A DNA stretch of 63,976 nt, filler included, from Hyphochytrium catenoides (GCA_900088475.1; 9 parts of 9 records of this genome joined end to end with filler, not necessarily neighbours in it), one strand, 5' to 3'. Positions 1 through 14,682 are shown, numbered from the whole stretch's first letter. Notes: generated from the letters alone by a model not told the origin. Numbers and translations are program-made.

Positions 1-24
1 TCTCTCTGTCTTTCTCTCTGTTTC

Positions 25-67
<43 letters not shown>

Positions 68-400
68 TTCTCGCTCTAGATCCTCACCCATTGCACTCCT
101 TTGATAGTCCTATCTTGGCTGCGCTGCTTTCTCCCGTTCCCTTCCTTGTTACTTCATCTATAGCAGTCGTTGTCATTGGCTGCCCACTTCCACATAAGTG
201 TCTTCCCTCATCGGCTTGCTCTCTCTCTGTCTGGAGAAGCTTGAAACTCTCAGCGCTGGTTAAGGCGACGCGCTCAGGTCTCTTTCCATTAAGTCTCTGT
301 CTCTGGAAAAGACAGCAGAGTCATCAACTTCCCCCGTCATCGCCAATTCAGTTCCAGAAGAGTCTTTGCCTTACCCCGCGATACCGTCATAAAGTCTACG

Positions 401-891
401 ATGAAGGAATATTTGGCCGGCGTGGTGGTCGGCCTCTGTGTGGGCGCGGCAGTCGGCGCGTCGGCTGAGTTCTCGTTCCTCCAAGTGAGGAAGAGAGTGA
501 AGAAGCCCCCGCCTGAGAGCTTGAAGTCCTTCAAGTACCGACCGCGCAATGCGATGGACGTGCACATGCTGCCATATGTACACGCTATCAATCAGGTCGA
601 GAAGGCCAAGAGGAGCCTTGAAGCTGAACTCATTCGGATTCTCACCTTGACCTGTCCAGGCTGGAAGAATGTTAACATCAACCAGTGTGAGGTCAAGCAG
701 CTTGGAGGTAAGGCTAATTGAGGAACAGAGGACAGAGAGAGAGAGAAGAGAGAGAGAGAGAGAAATGGAGAGAGAGGTGTCAGCCATGAATATCTTAGTC
801 GTGGCTGTTAGGGCCGGGACGAGAGGGAAGAGGGGAAGAGAAAGAGAGAGAGACTTGTAGAACAGGGCAGAGAAGGAGACCAAAAAATAAA

Positions 892-927
<36 letters not shown>

Positions 928-2246
928 ATCAATGAACTCCTCTCTCTCGCTCTTCTTCCAGTGACCCGCGCCTCTATCTATTGATGGCTTCCTGCCCGTT
1001 CGACTGTCTTTTAATGGTGCGATTGATAACTGTCTCGCCTCTCACCGCAGGCGCCATGACGAACTTCATTTTCTTAGCGAACAAGAACGAGGGCGAGAAT
1101 GCAAAGGTTCTCATTCGAATCTATGGAGAAGGGACAGAGAACTTCTTCAGTAGAGAGGATGAGATGAAGCTGTTTGAGCTGCTCTCCAACGCCAACGTAG
1201 GCATCGGACTGCTTGGAACCTTTGAGAACGGGAGACTGGAGAAAGTCATCAATGGCGAGGTAAGAGAGAAGAGCAGTGCTCCTGCGTAGAGGCTAGGGCT
1301 CATCTTCTTTGCCGTGTCACCTTCCTTCTTCTTTTGTTCATTCATGAGCATGCTGGCTAGGCTGTACATATCAACCGCTACCTCTTGGTATTCCCATATG
1401 TCTTACATATGTCTTTGAATACCTTGACAGACCATAACCAATGCGGACATGAGAGCGCCAAAAACCTTCGTAAAGATCGCTGCCCGCATGTTCCAGCTGC
1501 ACCAGATGGATCTTCCTCTTGACAAGACACCGCAGCTCATGCCGCGAATCCAGGCGATGTTCCAGCAGGTGAAGGCGCTCTGCACTGGGAGCAAGTTCAA
1601 GTTCGTAGACTTCACGAAGATCGCTGGATACATTGAGCAGTTTGAGAGTCTCATCCCTCGGTACGCTTCACCGATCGTGTTTGCGCACAATGACCTGCAG
1701 TATGGCAATGTGATGGACACATACGATGGATATGTGACGCTGATTGACTATGAGTACGGCGGCTATAACTATCGAGGCTTCGATATTGGCAACTTCTTCT
1801 GTGAATGGATGTACAACTACGCCAGCCACAGTCCCCACCTGCCCCTTGTTAGATACTATCCTTCTGAGGAACATCAGGTGAGCAGGAGTGATAGCTTTGG
1901 GTCTCTCTTTGTTTCTCTCCCCTGAGATGCCAGCTTAACATCCTGGTCTCGTCTCGCTGTCTTACAACCTTTCACTGTCTCGCATTCCGCGTCCAATCCT
2001 TTGTTGGCGGTTTAGCGTGAGTTCGCAAAGGCGTATCTTCAAGGCGGGGACCCTGGGAAGGAAGTGTCAGAGGCGGAGCTGGACGCGCTCTGTCTGGAGG
2101 GGAACTTTTATGCCTTAGGCTCTCACCTATTTTGGGCCTGCTGGGGCTACCTTCAGGCCGCCCAGTCCACTATTGACTTCAACTATTTGGAGTATGCCAA
2201 CGCCCGAATATCCTGCTATGCGATGAGTGTCCCCACCTTCCTCTGA
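401..2246 (+). CDS. Choline/ethanolamine kinase, 4 exons (about 401-707, 1051-1259, 1431-1877, 2016-2246)
   Basis: Splicing joins LG|GAMTN. Also present: IRIYG, Brenner motif HNDLQYGN, choline kinase motif LIDYEYGGYNYRGFDIGNFFCEW and C-terminal SHLFWACWGYLQAAQSTIDFNYLEYA. GT..AG borders are seen at all three introns. Confidence 0.93.
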
Positions 2247-2969
2247 TAGTCTTCCCTAGCCCTTTGCAACTGTGTCTGTCTCCGCAGCCCATTACCTCTC
2301 CCCTGCTGCATACTATCCTCGCATCTAGCTTTTATTTCCTCTGCTAGAGCTACTTCTTTCGTTCGGTCAGCGTGTTGTTAGCCGCTGCGAGTTCTGACCC
2401 ATCTTGTCCTGTCGTTTACTATGGCTGTGGAAGGTGGAAGGCAGAGAGCAGCAAAACGCCTTCAATTGACAGTGTTTGAAGGGAGAGCATACCCCTCTTC
2501 AGTAATAATATATAATAAGTTATTGATCGAAAAACCGACTGATGGGATGTAAGATATGAAGACAAAAGCGAGGAGGAACGAATAGAGGCATAAGCCGGCT
2601 CTTGAAGGGGAGAAAGAAAGGGAAGGAAAGAGCTCTTTGTTGCGGAGTGCGCTTCTATCACCGCGCGGTGTTCAGGCTTGGCTGGCTAGCTGACTCGTAC
2701 TGGATGCTAGTCCCAATGGAACATCTACATAGTCCTCTGGCTTAGGTGAACCCTTCCTCTGAGCCAGATCAGCAGCCACCCGAGTAGGTGCGCTGTGCTG
2801 AGATAGCACTAGTTGATTTCCACCTGCTTGTCTCTGCGGCTGGCAGTCCTGTCACTGACAGGGTTTATCAGGGCTGCCGCTCTTTAACACTTAAAGAGAC
2901 CAGGTCTGTGTCTGTAGGGTCCGATGTCTCTTTCTTGGCTCCATAGGTAACGAGGTAAACCTTTTCCTC

Positions 2970-3740
2970 TTAAGGCCTCGTAGGAGGAGACCCAGAGCTC
3001 TCACTTGCAGTCGCAAAGGTCTCAGCGTCTGGATCACTAGTAGGCGTACATAAGAGATTATAGGAAGGCGTCATGCACACTAATGGCTCGCCTTTCCCTT
3101 GCTCCAGGGCCGCAGGCGTGTCAATATTTCCCCAGTCGCCCGAGTCCGTTCGCGGTCTATGCAGCCTCACATTGCGCATCACGTAGACCACCACAGCGGT
3201 GATTAGAGCTGCGCCTACGATGCTAACAGCGACAAAGATTGTGGCCAGGCTACCGGTGGACATTCCCTCATCTTCTGCTGCCCCTCCTCCAGCTTTATTG
3301 GCCACTGAGGCAGAGTTCCTTTCGCTGTCTGCCTCGGAAGTGCTGATAGAGTCTGATGGAGCTGCTTCCAGCGGTGGAAGTGGAGCACCTGTCGTCGCGG
3401 GAGGGACAGTAGTCGGAGTCGAAGCTTTCTGTGCTGGAGCGGGCGTTGGTGCGGTAGGCTTTGGTGGAGGAGTGGTGGGAGTTTTTGGCGTCGGAGGAGG
3501 CGTTGGCGTTGGAGCCGCCGTTGGGGCCGCGGGAGTGGGAGGCCTTGTGGTCACCTGAGGAGTTGGGGCAGCTGTCGGGATTGGTGTGGGCTGTGATGGC
3601 TGCGGCGTGGGCTGGGATGCCGGGGGCGGAGTGGGCTGCTGGCCGACAGCTTGCCCTAAAACTAATGGAGATCTATGCGGCATCAGGAACAAGGCAAAAG
3701 CCAAGCAACAAAAAAAGATGCTCGATTGTAAGGTCCTCAT
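2970..3740 (-). CDS. Pro/Thr-rich single-pass type I membrane protein (mucin-like or cell-wall sensor-like stalk)
   Basis: N-terminal signal peptide, PTP/APT-rich ectodomain, one hydrophobic helix (LATIFVAVSIVGAALITAVVVYVM) followed by basic residues. The true 3' end may be spliced differently. Confidence 0.7.
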   Translation of the reverse strand: MRTLQSSIFFCCLAFALFLMPHRSPLVLGQAVGQQPTPPPASQPTPQPSQPTPIPTAAPTPQVTTRPPTPAAPTAAPTPTPPPTPKTPTTPPPKPTAPTPAPAQKASTPTTVPPATTGAPLPPLEAAPSDSISTSEADSERNSASVANKAGGGAAEDEGMSTGSLATIFVAVSIVGAALITAVVVYVMRNVRLHRPRTDSGDWGNIDTPAALEQGKGEPLVCMTPSYNLLCTPTSDPDAETFATASESSGSPPTRP

Positions 3741-4233
3741 CTCTGTCTTCTCTTTACTCTGAGGTACCTAGGTTGATGGCTCCGAAGAACAGGGTGTGGA
3801 GGCTCAATAAAAGCTCAAGTGAAGAGGTGCTCGTCGGACATCTGAAGCCTCTTCAAAGCTCTGCTTTATAGTGGAAATGGAGAGCTCTCGACTGGAAGCT
3901 TGGGCCTTGCGTGGAGCCTTTGCCGTTTTCTGGAAGCTGCTATTATAAAGAGGCTCTGGAAGGTGCCTCTCTATCTCAATCTTTATAACCTCTACCTGGT
4001 TCCGTGCGCAGACACTTCTTCTACTCTCAGAGGTCAGAAGAACTGGCAAAAGTTTTTGCTCGTCTCATCTCAAGCCAATCTTTGCACAGCAAACCTTCCC
4101 AACCTCGTGCCGCGAGTCCACTCGACAGACTACTCAGTGATCACGGCGAAGGAGGGGAGTGGAGAAGAGGAAAGGATAAGAAAGAGAGAGAGAGAGAGGG
4201 AGAGAGGGAAAAAGAGAGAAGAGGGAGAGAGAA

Positions 4234-4290
<57 letters not shown>

Positions 4291-7200
4291 AAGAAGTTTG
4301 ACAAGATTTGGTCAGCTGAGGTCAGTGGCCGCGCAGCGGCCTCAAGATCAGGACCGGAGACGGGGTCTACCGCTTTCTTCAGAGTCCTCGCATTAGCCGG
4401 TAATTTACCTCTGTCTCGGAGGTTTATATGTAAAACATAGGTGTTTGTCATGTCTCTAGAGGTTGATTGGCGTGTCTCTTCGGCTTCCTTTCCTTTTTTC
4501 TCTGTTCTCTCGTTCTGACAGCAGCTTCTCATGTGCCCACTCCTCTGCGCTCTGTCTCCCCGTATAACCCCGTCCCTACCGTACCTATTCCGCCTTCGAT
4601 CATCGCACCTACAGGCTCTGTCTAACCCTATATCTACTGTTAAGTAGTACGAGGCTCCCTACTAGACTGAGCTCTGTCTCTGAAGAGGTAGCCCTCTGTC
4701 TCGCCTATCCCCCAGTTACTAGACTATCTCTCTTTAGTCGCTCTCCTACTTCCAATAAAAAAAACCAAAAACTCCGTGTATCTTTCTTCCCTTCCTGACC
4801 AGGCACCAGCCAATCACAAACCACCAGCCCCTTTGTCTACTCCAAAATAATACGTAGGTGTGAGACAGTCAAATCTACCGCAAGTGTGATATTACTACTG
4901 CCTTGTGAATGCTGGGTGTCTGTTTAGTCCCAGATGAATAAATCTAGGCGTACAACGCCCTCCAGAAACGCACCACAATAAGGTCAGTATACATAATGTA
5001 CCTAACACGGTCCACGCACAGGCAGAGAAGTTAGTGAAGTCACTAGTCGCGCTTATCTCACCGCCGCAAAAATTTGCCTTGTCAGCGGTGGGAAGTGACG
5101 GTCACAGATCTCTGGGAAGCAAGAGTGACACAGCCAAGACCAGGGAAAGGAAAGGGAGCAAAGAAGAATAGAGTTTCTTGCCCTTGAATCCAACATCCTT
5201 TTCCCTCCTCCCCCTGTCTCATCACTCGTCAGCATCACCATCACTCCAATATCATTGTTTCTGCCAAAGTTAACCTTTGACACGGTATTTTCGGAAGTTG
5301 GTATTTGTTTCCAAGGATATGCAATGACAATGATTATTCTCCAATGTTATATTCGGCAGGCAGACAATTTTGAGTGGCCTCGCCTCATCAATACTAAGTG
5401 TTGCCTAGGAAAAACAATGCCTTACCATTATAATCGGTCGACACCACCGTTTTCCAGACTATTCAAGGGTGGTGAAGCTTAACTTTGGCAATTTTTGGCA
5501 GACCATGCCTCTGTACCGTAGAGAACGGAAGTTGGTCATATCTGTGACGAACATCACCGCAGGTGGTTCTCCTAACATAATGTTAGCGATTATAGTTCCT
5601 GGCTGGAGCTACCGCATCTCTCCTCTCTCATTGCTTCTCTTTCAACCCTTATCTCTTGCTCTCTGTCTGCCTATCCTCTCCATCAGACCTACGGCAGAAC
5701 TAACTGCAGGCGAATGTGTCAGCAGTGAGTCTACGGACGAAAGCCTAAGAAAGACCCAGCCGAATGAGGAGGAGTGGTGGTTCTCTCCCGTCATTTATTT
5801 AGCGGGAAATCCAGGTCAAAGCGCGAGTCCTGGCGCCAGGTTGTCTAAGCTCAGTTCAGCCCCATCTTCTCTTCCACCAGCAGTCCAAATGGTCGTCGTC
5901 CAGCATCCAGCATCACCAGTCATTCCACGCTATGATAGAACTAGTACCTTACGCTTTCTCCTGAAGTAAGAGAAAGCTTGCCAATGATCGAGGCGAGTTG
6001 GAGAGTGATCATCCTACCGTTACTCTGTAGTTCTATGAGAAGTGGCCTGCGCTGAGTAGAAGAGGAAACTAAGGCCGCCGACAGGAACTTCAGATTCCTT
6101 GGCAGGTTTGGCAGCTGTGGACGGAGAGGTTGAAGAGGCGATCTTCTGCTTGTTTAGAGGCCTTTGAATGCGAGAAAAAATGTTGCTGGCGGTCGAAAAG
6201 TGTCATTCTTTGTCTCGCTATCTGTTAGGCTGGAGTTCCAGAAACTGAGATTGGAGCTGTACAACGCCTTCTAAGGCTCTTGTCCTTACTCACCTTCGCC
6301 TTTGAGACAAAGTAGCCGAACGGAATAGCAGTGTAGCGTCATCATCAAGGAAGCGCCTATCATATGATTGACAGTGGGCGAGCAATGTGCACAGCGGTTT
6401 TGCGGCTGTGCACGTCGTGAGTTCTCCAGTTAGGGACAAGGTTGACAACGATGAACCGGCGCCTAGTGAGGGAATAGAAAGTGGAGAGCGCTATCCGCAC
6501 ACCTCTTAAGGGAGTCAGACGTCTCAGTGATAGAGATGTTATAAGTCTTCTTCCTTATCTTAAACTGCAGTCATCAATCACAGACACCATCCTTTCACTG
6601 TCGTACGTCACGAGATTCAACATGCTTGCTGGGTAAAGTGCAGCTGGCGTGTGTCTTAGAAATGCCAGCTGCAGAATCAAGGAGGCCAGGAGCTGTCCTC
6701 ACCAACTTGATACTGCCTTCCCTTTGTCCAGTGTGCCCCTTATGACTGGTTGTCGTTGGCTAGCAGAATAAGCGAGAGCCTCGACGTAGAGTGTGCTGGC
6801 CATCGGCGGGTGGATAGTTTGATGTAACACCGTCGTGATCAGAGCTGATTTTATAAGAAGGAAAGATAGCAGCAGAAGACAATCAAGCTAAGTCAGAGGA
6901 GAGGAGTTGCGAGGTAGTCGGATGCGCTGCGAAGCTGATCGCGCCAGGGCTCTCTAGGCTGCTAGCCAGCAGGTCATAGGATGAGGTCGTAGCTGTCACT
7001 AGCTCAACACGGCAGAAGCCGGGCTGAAAGGAGCTCTAAGTTAGACACAATGAGTGAGAACATGTCCCCGAGGAGCTGATCCAAGCTTTGTCCATGGCCT
7101 TGAAGAATGTGCGTGCGATAGGAGCGACACACCTAGCGCCGTCAGCGTTCAATGAGACGACATTGATATCTAAGAATTAACAGAATCCTAGAGGTCACTT

Positions 7201-8252
7201 TGAAGAGTTGCAAAGCGCTGGCGTTCTGAGAGCTCACAGAGAACTCCCGAACGAGCTGAATGTTCTCAGCATCTTCCGCTTCTGCTCCAGGGGCTCCTCC
7301 TGATTCCTTTGAGTTCCCGTTGAGCTATGCTAGGTGAAGGTGATGACGGCACGAAAGTCGCGATCTGCTAGTTTTGAGCTCAGCGTTTGGAACAAAGGGC
7401 TAACGTTTATTAGCAAGCACCGCAGTACAGCTTGCATGGTATCGCGGCAAGATGGCTCGTCATGCAAGGCCATAGAGTGAAGGCCGGACAGCACCAGTTC
7501 ACGACCACTTATGCTTGCCAAGCTCACACATTGACCTCCACTCCTCTCTGCATCCAGCCTAAATGTTAGCTCCACTGTGTCCTAAACCCTTCGCAGATAG
7601 GCCGTTGCCCCTAACGCAGCAGCACCATCTCCATGAAATAAAGCTCCAGCGATGCTGCAGAGTCGCTTGAGCTTGAAGATGATGTGTGAGCAACTTTGAA
7701 GTGAAGATCTGCGCGCCCAGCCCCCGCCCTTACGGTTAGCGGTCAGGCAACTGGCAGGTGGAGCTTGGGGCTGTCTTTTTGCTGCATCAGAAGCTTGCTA
7801 GGAAAGGCTTTTAGCTGGACGAGAGCTGTCGGTCGTGAGTCCTGACAGGCACTGAAGAGCAAGAAGTCCCTTGCCTAAGCTCGCCTCTGCGTGCTACGTA
7901 GTGGTGAGCTTCCATCTGCAGCCTTGGCTAAGAGAACGAGTGTCCTCCGCTTGCTTCCTCGGTAGCCGTGGTGCTCTGGGACACTTGGTCGGTCTTCGCT
8001 CATTGTCTCACTGTGCCGCGGAACCACAGCTCTCGGGGCCGGATACCCAGCAGATACAGTGAGTCCAGAGCATTTGAATCAGAATGTTTCACGTCATGCC
8101 TTCCCCCAGATGACGCTCGCACAATATCGCCATGACCTCTGCAGTAGACTGCAGCTGTGTGCATGAAGTGCTCTGACATTCAGAGAACGCGGACAAGGCA
8201 ATCCCTACCCCCTGCTACGGAACTTAGGTTGCTGGTTGGACCGTTGTTATCA

Positions 8253-10783
8253 ATGAGGGCATCTATACATCCCCTCCGGCGAACCCCTCTTTGGCGGCAC
8301 AACGTGCTGTCCAAGACCCTGAGCACGACCTCTAAACGGCCGCCGGTGTCGGCCTTTCTTGCTCTGGCGCGAGCTGTCAAAGCTCTGCCGAACAACAGAT
8401 CCACAGAACGTCAGGATACAAAGGACGAAGGCCCAACGCACTACCAGCCAGAGATCTTTCTACGCCTGATAGCCTCGGCAGGGAAGCGTCGAAGTCCGGA
8501 CCAAGTGCTCAGCATCCTCGACAAGGTGCCCGAGAACCTGGATCCGGGTCATAGACACGATATCTATGCCGCGGCCATTCGCGCTTGTTGCTGGGGCGGT
8601 GAGTCCGCTCTCCTGGCACTCTCTCTCTCTCTCCGCCTATAGCTGCGACACAAGTGTCGCCGCTTTTGCTGATTTATTTTGCTCTAGTCGTATATGTTGT
8701 CGCTCTTCGAGGGCCACGATCTGTCTTTTGCCTTCCCTTCTTTCCATACTGAGAGAGAGACAGGATCCTCTGCTCTTCATTGTCTCCTCTCCTCCTTAGC
8801 CCGTCTACTCTTCCTAACAGTCCTCTTTGTCTGCTATCGACAATTTCTCGCCTGACATGAGCTTCGCTTCCCAAAGTTCTCGCCTGCCTCCCGCTCCTCA
8901 GTGCCTAACCCATCGGTCCTAACCATACTCTCCCTTGGGACTCTATTCTATTCTGTTGCCCTAGACACCAACGGCACGGCGGAGGTGCTACAAATACTTC
9001 GGCAAATGCCGCGGACAGAGTTGCCGAAGCTCTCCTCCCAGCTCCTGAGACATACCATTGCTGTCTGCAAGGAGAAAGAGGCGTTGGATCAGCTGTTAGC
9101 ATTCTATAGAGAAGAGAAACTGATGACAGGTCAGCTTCACGAGTCGCTCACATCATTCTCTTCTTTCGACTTATTGTGGATAGCCTCTAGTATCTTTCTC
9201 CTTTCAGACCTTCCCCCTCTTCCATCTTTACTTTTCGATGCGCTCTCTCTCTCCTTCTCTCTCCCTCTCTCTCTTTTCTGCCAAAGCTCACTTTCTGTCG
9301 GTTCGTCCACAGATGAGATGTACGAAAAGGCTGTGACGGTTTACTCTTCAAAGTTTGGGGCGGCTGAGGAGCTGCTGGAACTCCTTGAGCAGATGGTCCA
9401 GGCGGGTGCGCGGCGGGATCTACGAATCTATCAGTCCATCATGGGCATCGCCGTCAAACAAGGGAAATATGAGGAGGTAGTGCTGCTCCTCTAACCTGTC
9501 TGGCTGTTGTTCTCCGGACCTCGGACTCTATAGAGCCTCTCTCTTCAGCACCCTCTCCTGAGCCATCTATGTACTCTCTTCTTCCAAATTCATTGCCGGC
9601 GCTTTTGTCTATCTCGCTAATCCTATGAGGTCAGTCTATCCTCGTCCTCATGGCTCCTGTACCACTCTAGGCCTTGAACGTATGGTCAAGGAGGCTCGCC
9701 AAGGAAGACTTTGCTCCGGATATCCATCTCTACAGAGTGGCTCTCTCGGCAGCTATGGGGACACAGCAATACGATGTAGCCCAGTCTCTCTTCTCCTTTC
9801 TCCAGCGGGCGTACCAACAGAACAAGAGGAAAGGAGGGATGGATCCTGACTTTCTTTCTCAAGGGTTAGCGCTCTGTCTGATGCAGAATAATAAGTCAAG
9901 CCTACGAAGCATGGCGGCAATGATGCTCAGAGACGATTGTCCTCTTTCTTCTGCATCCTTCCATCAGCTTCTCAAAGCTTCTGTCTTGTTAGATGACGCT
10001 GGACTATACCGAAAAGTGTACCAGAAAATGGCAGCGCAGACCTCTCGGCTTTCCCTTTTATCACCTAATCATCTTTCCCGTCTTGTCTCTGCTGCTTATT
10101 CCTTGGGACTATGGGAAGACTGTACCCAGCTTGTGAAAGAGACGCACGCCCCAGGGACGCCGATCAGCTACAGGGTGGCAGTCAAGTGCATCCAAGCGCT
10201 GCTAAAGAGTGGGAGAGAGAAAGAACTGGTCAAGTTCATTACGATCATAGGCGACCACTCGCTCTCTTCTCTCGAGGACGACGTCATCTACTCCTGGGCA
10301 GTGCAAGGCTGCTCCAAGCTGGAGGATGAAGGCAAAGACATGGTGGAGAGCATCGTCAAGCACCGGAGAGACAACTTTCCCGACAAAGCTCTTTCTCTTT
10401 TTCTGGCAAATAACCTCCTGAGCTTTTATGCCAGCAGATCTCTTCTTCCTGACGCTAGGAAGACGTGGATAGAGTTATTGGATGGAGGAAGAGAGCCAAA
10501 CAAGCGATCGTTCTCACTCATTATGCAGTTTTATGAGCGTGAAGGAAGGTATGAGGAGGTAGTTGACCTTTACCATCTGTCTCTTCTTTCTGGCATCCCT
10601 TCCGCTACGTCCATGGTGGAGTCAACAGTTGTAGCTCTGGACAAGCTGCAACGGCGAGGAGAGGTCTTCGTCCTTTTGGACAAGGAAAGAGAGAGGGTCG
10701 GGCCGACAGAGAAGATTTATGGCACAGACTCGGGGAAGTTCTACTTTGACCGGTGGAACATGAAGCCCAAGTCTATGTCCTAA
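8253..10783 (+). CDS. Pentatricopeptide/helical-repeat protein, probably organelle-targeted (exons about 8253-8598, 8966-9129, 9313-9476, 9671-10783)
   Basis: Arg/Ser/Thr-rich transit-peptide-like N-terminus. PPR-like segments: LLEQMVQAGARRDLRIYQSIMGIAVKQGKYEE, APDIHLYRVALSA, REPNKRSFSLIMQFYEREGRYEEVVDLY. Confidence 0.6.
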
Positions 10784-11117
10784 GACCCGCGGTGGAAAAG
10801 TGGTTGGGGAGAAGGGGAGACTGCAAGCAATGTTTAGACCGAGAGGTGGTGTGTGTGTGTGTGTGTGTGAAAGAGAGAGAGAGAGAGAGAGCGGTTTGGT
10901 GCTTGTTCAGTCAGCAATGTGCTGTCTTTAGACCTTCTCCCTTAGCTTATAGACTTTATAGCTGCCAAAAAAGGCAAGGCAAAAGACAGGAAACAGACAG
11001 GACAACTATCGTAGAGGTAGTCCAGGGACAAGATAGAGACCGTCACAGACTCAGAGTAGTGGCGGTGGCTACAGCTAGCCAGCAAGTGGTGGACGAGAAA
11101 GAGAGAGAAAGGGGTTA

Positions 11118-14100
11118 TCAGTATACGTCACTATGGGGAGAGAAGTGATGATACAAGGTCTCTTCTTCTGCGTCCAGGGCCTCTCCGGCGGCTCCATCCT
11201 CTGACGCCTCCCCCTCCTCTTCCTCCCTGAGCATTTCAAGCTGGACAAGTTGACTGAGCTGCTGGAAGCTCTGGGTAAAGCCCAGAGTCCGAGAAAAGAA
11301 TGTCAACGTACACCGAGAGAGGGAGAACTCAACTGCGGAAAGGGGAGACGGGAATATGAGTCTGAGCAAGATTAGTGACTTGTCCAAGAAAGTGGACTTT
11401 TCTTTTTGCACCAAGCGGCTTTGCCTATATCGCGGGACGCCTTCTCTCTTTCCCCTCTCTCTCTCATGTCTCTCTCTCTCTCTGCAACGGATGTGAGACT
11501 GGATCAAGTACCTGGCTTGAGGTCTATCTCGGTGTAGAGCACCGGCAGTATGAGTTTGCCTTTGTCTTCGGAGAAGAAGATGAGATCCTTGTGCAGGTCT
11601 TTGCACAGCGTCTGATTGGTCATGACGGCCACCACTGCACTCGACCTATGGGGGGAGAGGTAACAGTGAGCATTGAGAGTAAGGGACAGACAGTTGCCCG
11701 GTTATTTCAGCAGCAGACGGAGACACGGAAGAGAGACTGAGAGAGAGAGAAACAAAGAGGCGGCCCACCTAAGGATGGCGTCCTTTGCTCGACCAACTTT
11801 TTCCGCCAGGTCCGCTCCTGAGATATCCTGATCTGTCTGTACGCGTATTTTCTTCTCTGCGAAGGCTCTGACCAGCTGCCGCACGAAAGAGAGATGCAGC
11901 CCAGCGTGGATTATAAAGACAAAGGCAGCATCGCCCTCTGCTGTGTAGGAAGAAGGAGAGAAGTGTGAGAACGACAGAGAGGGAACCATGTCAAATGAGT
12001 AGGGGCAGACGTGTGTTGTTGCCTAGCAATAGGAAGCCTCCGTCAGGCCGTCTTGCCTCCTCATCCTTCCTGCCACTCTGCCTCAGGTCTCTTCTTTCTC
12101 TTTCTCTCTCTCTCTCCCTCCCCTCCCTCTTTCTCTTGCTGCCGGTTTGTCTCTCCTCCTCTCCTTGCTGTTCTTTGTGCTCGACCGTCATGGGGAAGGT
12201 AACCAAATATAGAGAATAATAAGGGTCTTCTCTCTGGTCCTCTTACCATGCCGAGCGTCTCCTCCTGCCTCCCGTGGCTCTTTCGGGCGAGAGAGACGCC
12301 TCTTTCTGCCATCATCTCCTCTTCTTCCTCTCCTGCTGCCAGCCTTTCTCGCTATCTCATCTCTGACACCATCAGAGAGAGAGAGAACTTTTGCTTGGTA
12401 CTCGTCTTCTCGGTATTCAAAGCAGAATGGAGGAGACGCATCTCTCTTCTCTTTCTTGAGAATCGCCGTATCAAAGTTGATGATTTGGCGAGAGTAGAGA
12501 TACACCTTGAGAAAGGAAGAGAGAGAGAGAGAGAGTCCCTTAAGAAGACGAAGGCTAGGAGAAAAGGAGACGTCGCCTACCTGTAGGACATCCGAGAAAC
12601 TGACCGTGGAAGACAGTTTGACACCAAAGACTAGGATTAAGCAGCCAAAGTAGAGTGAAAGAGCAGAAGAGAGAGAGAGAAAGAGAAGTCAAACGACAAG
12701 ATCCAGTAGTGACCCAATCTGTTTGGCATCTGGAGGGAGCTGATATAGCGGTTTTATGGCACTCCTTCCCAAGTTTCCTCTCCGTTAGCTGTCTCTCTTT
12801 GTCTATTGCTCTCTCTTTCAGTCTCGGCTCCGCAATCTCTCTCTCTGTCCTCGTCATCATCTCTAGATCTCTCTCTCTCTCTGTCCTTGTCATCATCTCT
12901 AGACCTCTCTCTCTGCATGCCCCGTATGTCTTACTTGGTTTGCCTGCTTCCTTAGCTATCGCGAGCTCCTTCAGACACCACTGACTCCGGCCATAGTCTT
13001 CCGCACAGATCGCGATCACCACCTGACAGTTCTGAATGCCCTGAGCGATCTCATCCCGCCACTCCGCGCCAGCACGGATACCTAGGCCAAAATAGAGGCG
13101 CGTAAGGAGGGAGAGACAGAGAGAGAGACCAGCGTGGAAGAGAGGATAAAGCCTTGGCCTCTAGTTTGGTGCATAGTGACTCTAACTGTCGGATTGTCCA
13201 TACGGAGAAAAATGCCCCTCTTCTTCTCCTTCTCTCTCTCTCTCTTTATTTATTTACTGCCGTCTGTCGTTTTCGCTCTTCCTTTTCTCTTCTCATCTAT
13301 CTCTACAAATCTCTCCTTTGACCTGTATGCTCTGTCGTGTCTAGCCACGTCGTGATCTTCTGTTCTTCTAACGATTGCCTGAGGCGCCGGGCAAACTCTC
13401 CATGGGAATGAGTATAGCTGGAAAGAGGCAGCCGTAAGAGAGAGAGAGAGAGTTGGAGAGAGAGAAAGATAGGATGAGATGTCCAGGAGTAATCCTAAGC
13501 ACGTTGGGCCCCGAGTGGCGTTTACCTGATAAAGACGTCTCTCACGCCAATCTGCTTCTTTATCGCATACTGCACGGAGGAGATCAGTCCAATTAGGGGA
13601 GAGAGAGAGAGACCGAAGAGAGAGAGAGAAAGAGACAGAAAGAGAAAGCGTAGCAGAGACTTTGCAACGGGGGAAACCGTGCCATCAGGGAAGAGGACAC
13701 ACTGGCGTAGAGGCAGGAAGTAAGAGACATAGAATGCCCTAGACCAAGACGGAGAGACAGCCAGGAAAAGAGAACCAAGAGAGAAGAGAGGGAGAGCATA
13801 GGCAGAGAGAAAGAGAGAAAGACCTGTAGCTCCATTGACGATGCGCAGTCCAGCGGTCTCTTCAACTCTTTGTCCTCCAGTCTAAAGTCTGCCCCTCGGC
13901 GGAGGAGAGCTAGCGCAGAGTTCTTGTTCCCTCTCCGTATCGCAATATGCAGCGCAGTCTCTCCTCTTCCCTCGCACCTGTACGTAGTGACAGAGTGAGA
14001 GGGAGATCCGTCGGAGAATGGGCAAGAGAGGGAACAGAGAGACAAAAGAACAGAGAGAGAAAGGTAGTTTAACACAGAGACAGAGCAGAGAGAGAGAGAC

Positions 14101-14352
14101 CCAGAGGAAGGAGAGAGCCTTACCTGGAGTTGAGATCACATCCCGCCTTCATCAGCTCGCCGAGGATTTCCTCTGTCATATTATCTGTCTCACATCCGCA
14201 TGCCACGGCGTTCCGTCCCTCAGCGTCCACCAAACGGCCGTTAGCGCCGTGACTTACCAGCAACTAATGCGTCACAAAGAGAGAGAGAGAGAGACAGAGA
14301 GAGACAGAGAGACAGAGAGAGAGAGAGAGACAGAAAGAGAGACAGAGACAGA

Positions 14353-14383
<31 letters not shown>

Positions 14384-14639
14384 AAAGAGAGAGAGGGAGA
14401 CAGAGATCCAATGGAAGAGAGAACAATAAGAGAAGACCATCAGATGGAGAGAGAACTCACAGAAGGGAAAGGAAGGAGATCGACATAGATGGGACAGAAG
14501 GAAGTAAGCGATGGCCAAGAGAGACACAGAGAGAAAAGGGAGTGAGAAGTGCGGAAGAAAAGAAAGAGAGAAGGTGGGACGAGCGCGAGGTAGAAAAAGA
14601 GAGGCAGGGATATAATAAAAGGAGAGAAGGGGGAGAGGG

Positions 14640-14682
<43 letters not shown>

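Noticed and set aside
5000-7800. Possible decayed non-LTR retrotransposon on the minus strand (INVVSLNADGAR near 7140-7170 resembles an APE endonuclease start)
   Set aside because: Only one weak motif with many stops, and no RT motif was found by eye. It needs tBLASTn.
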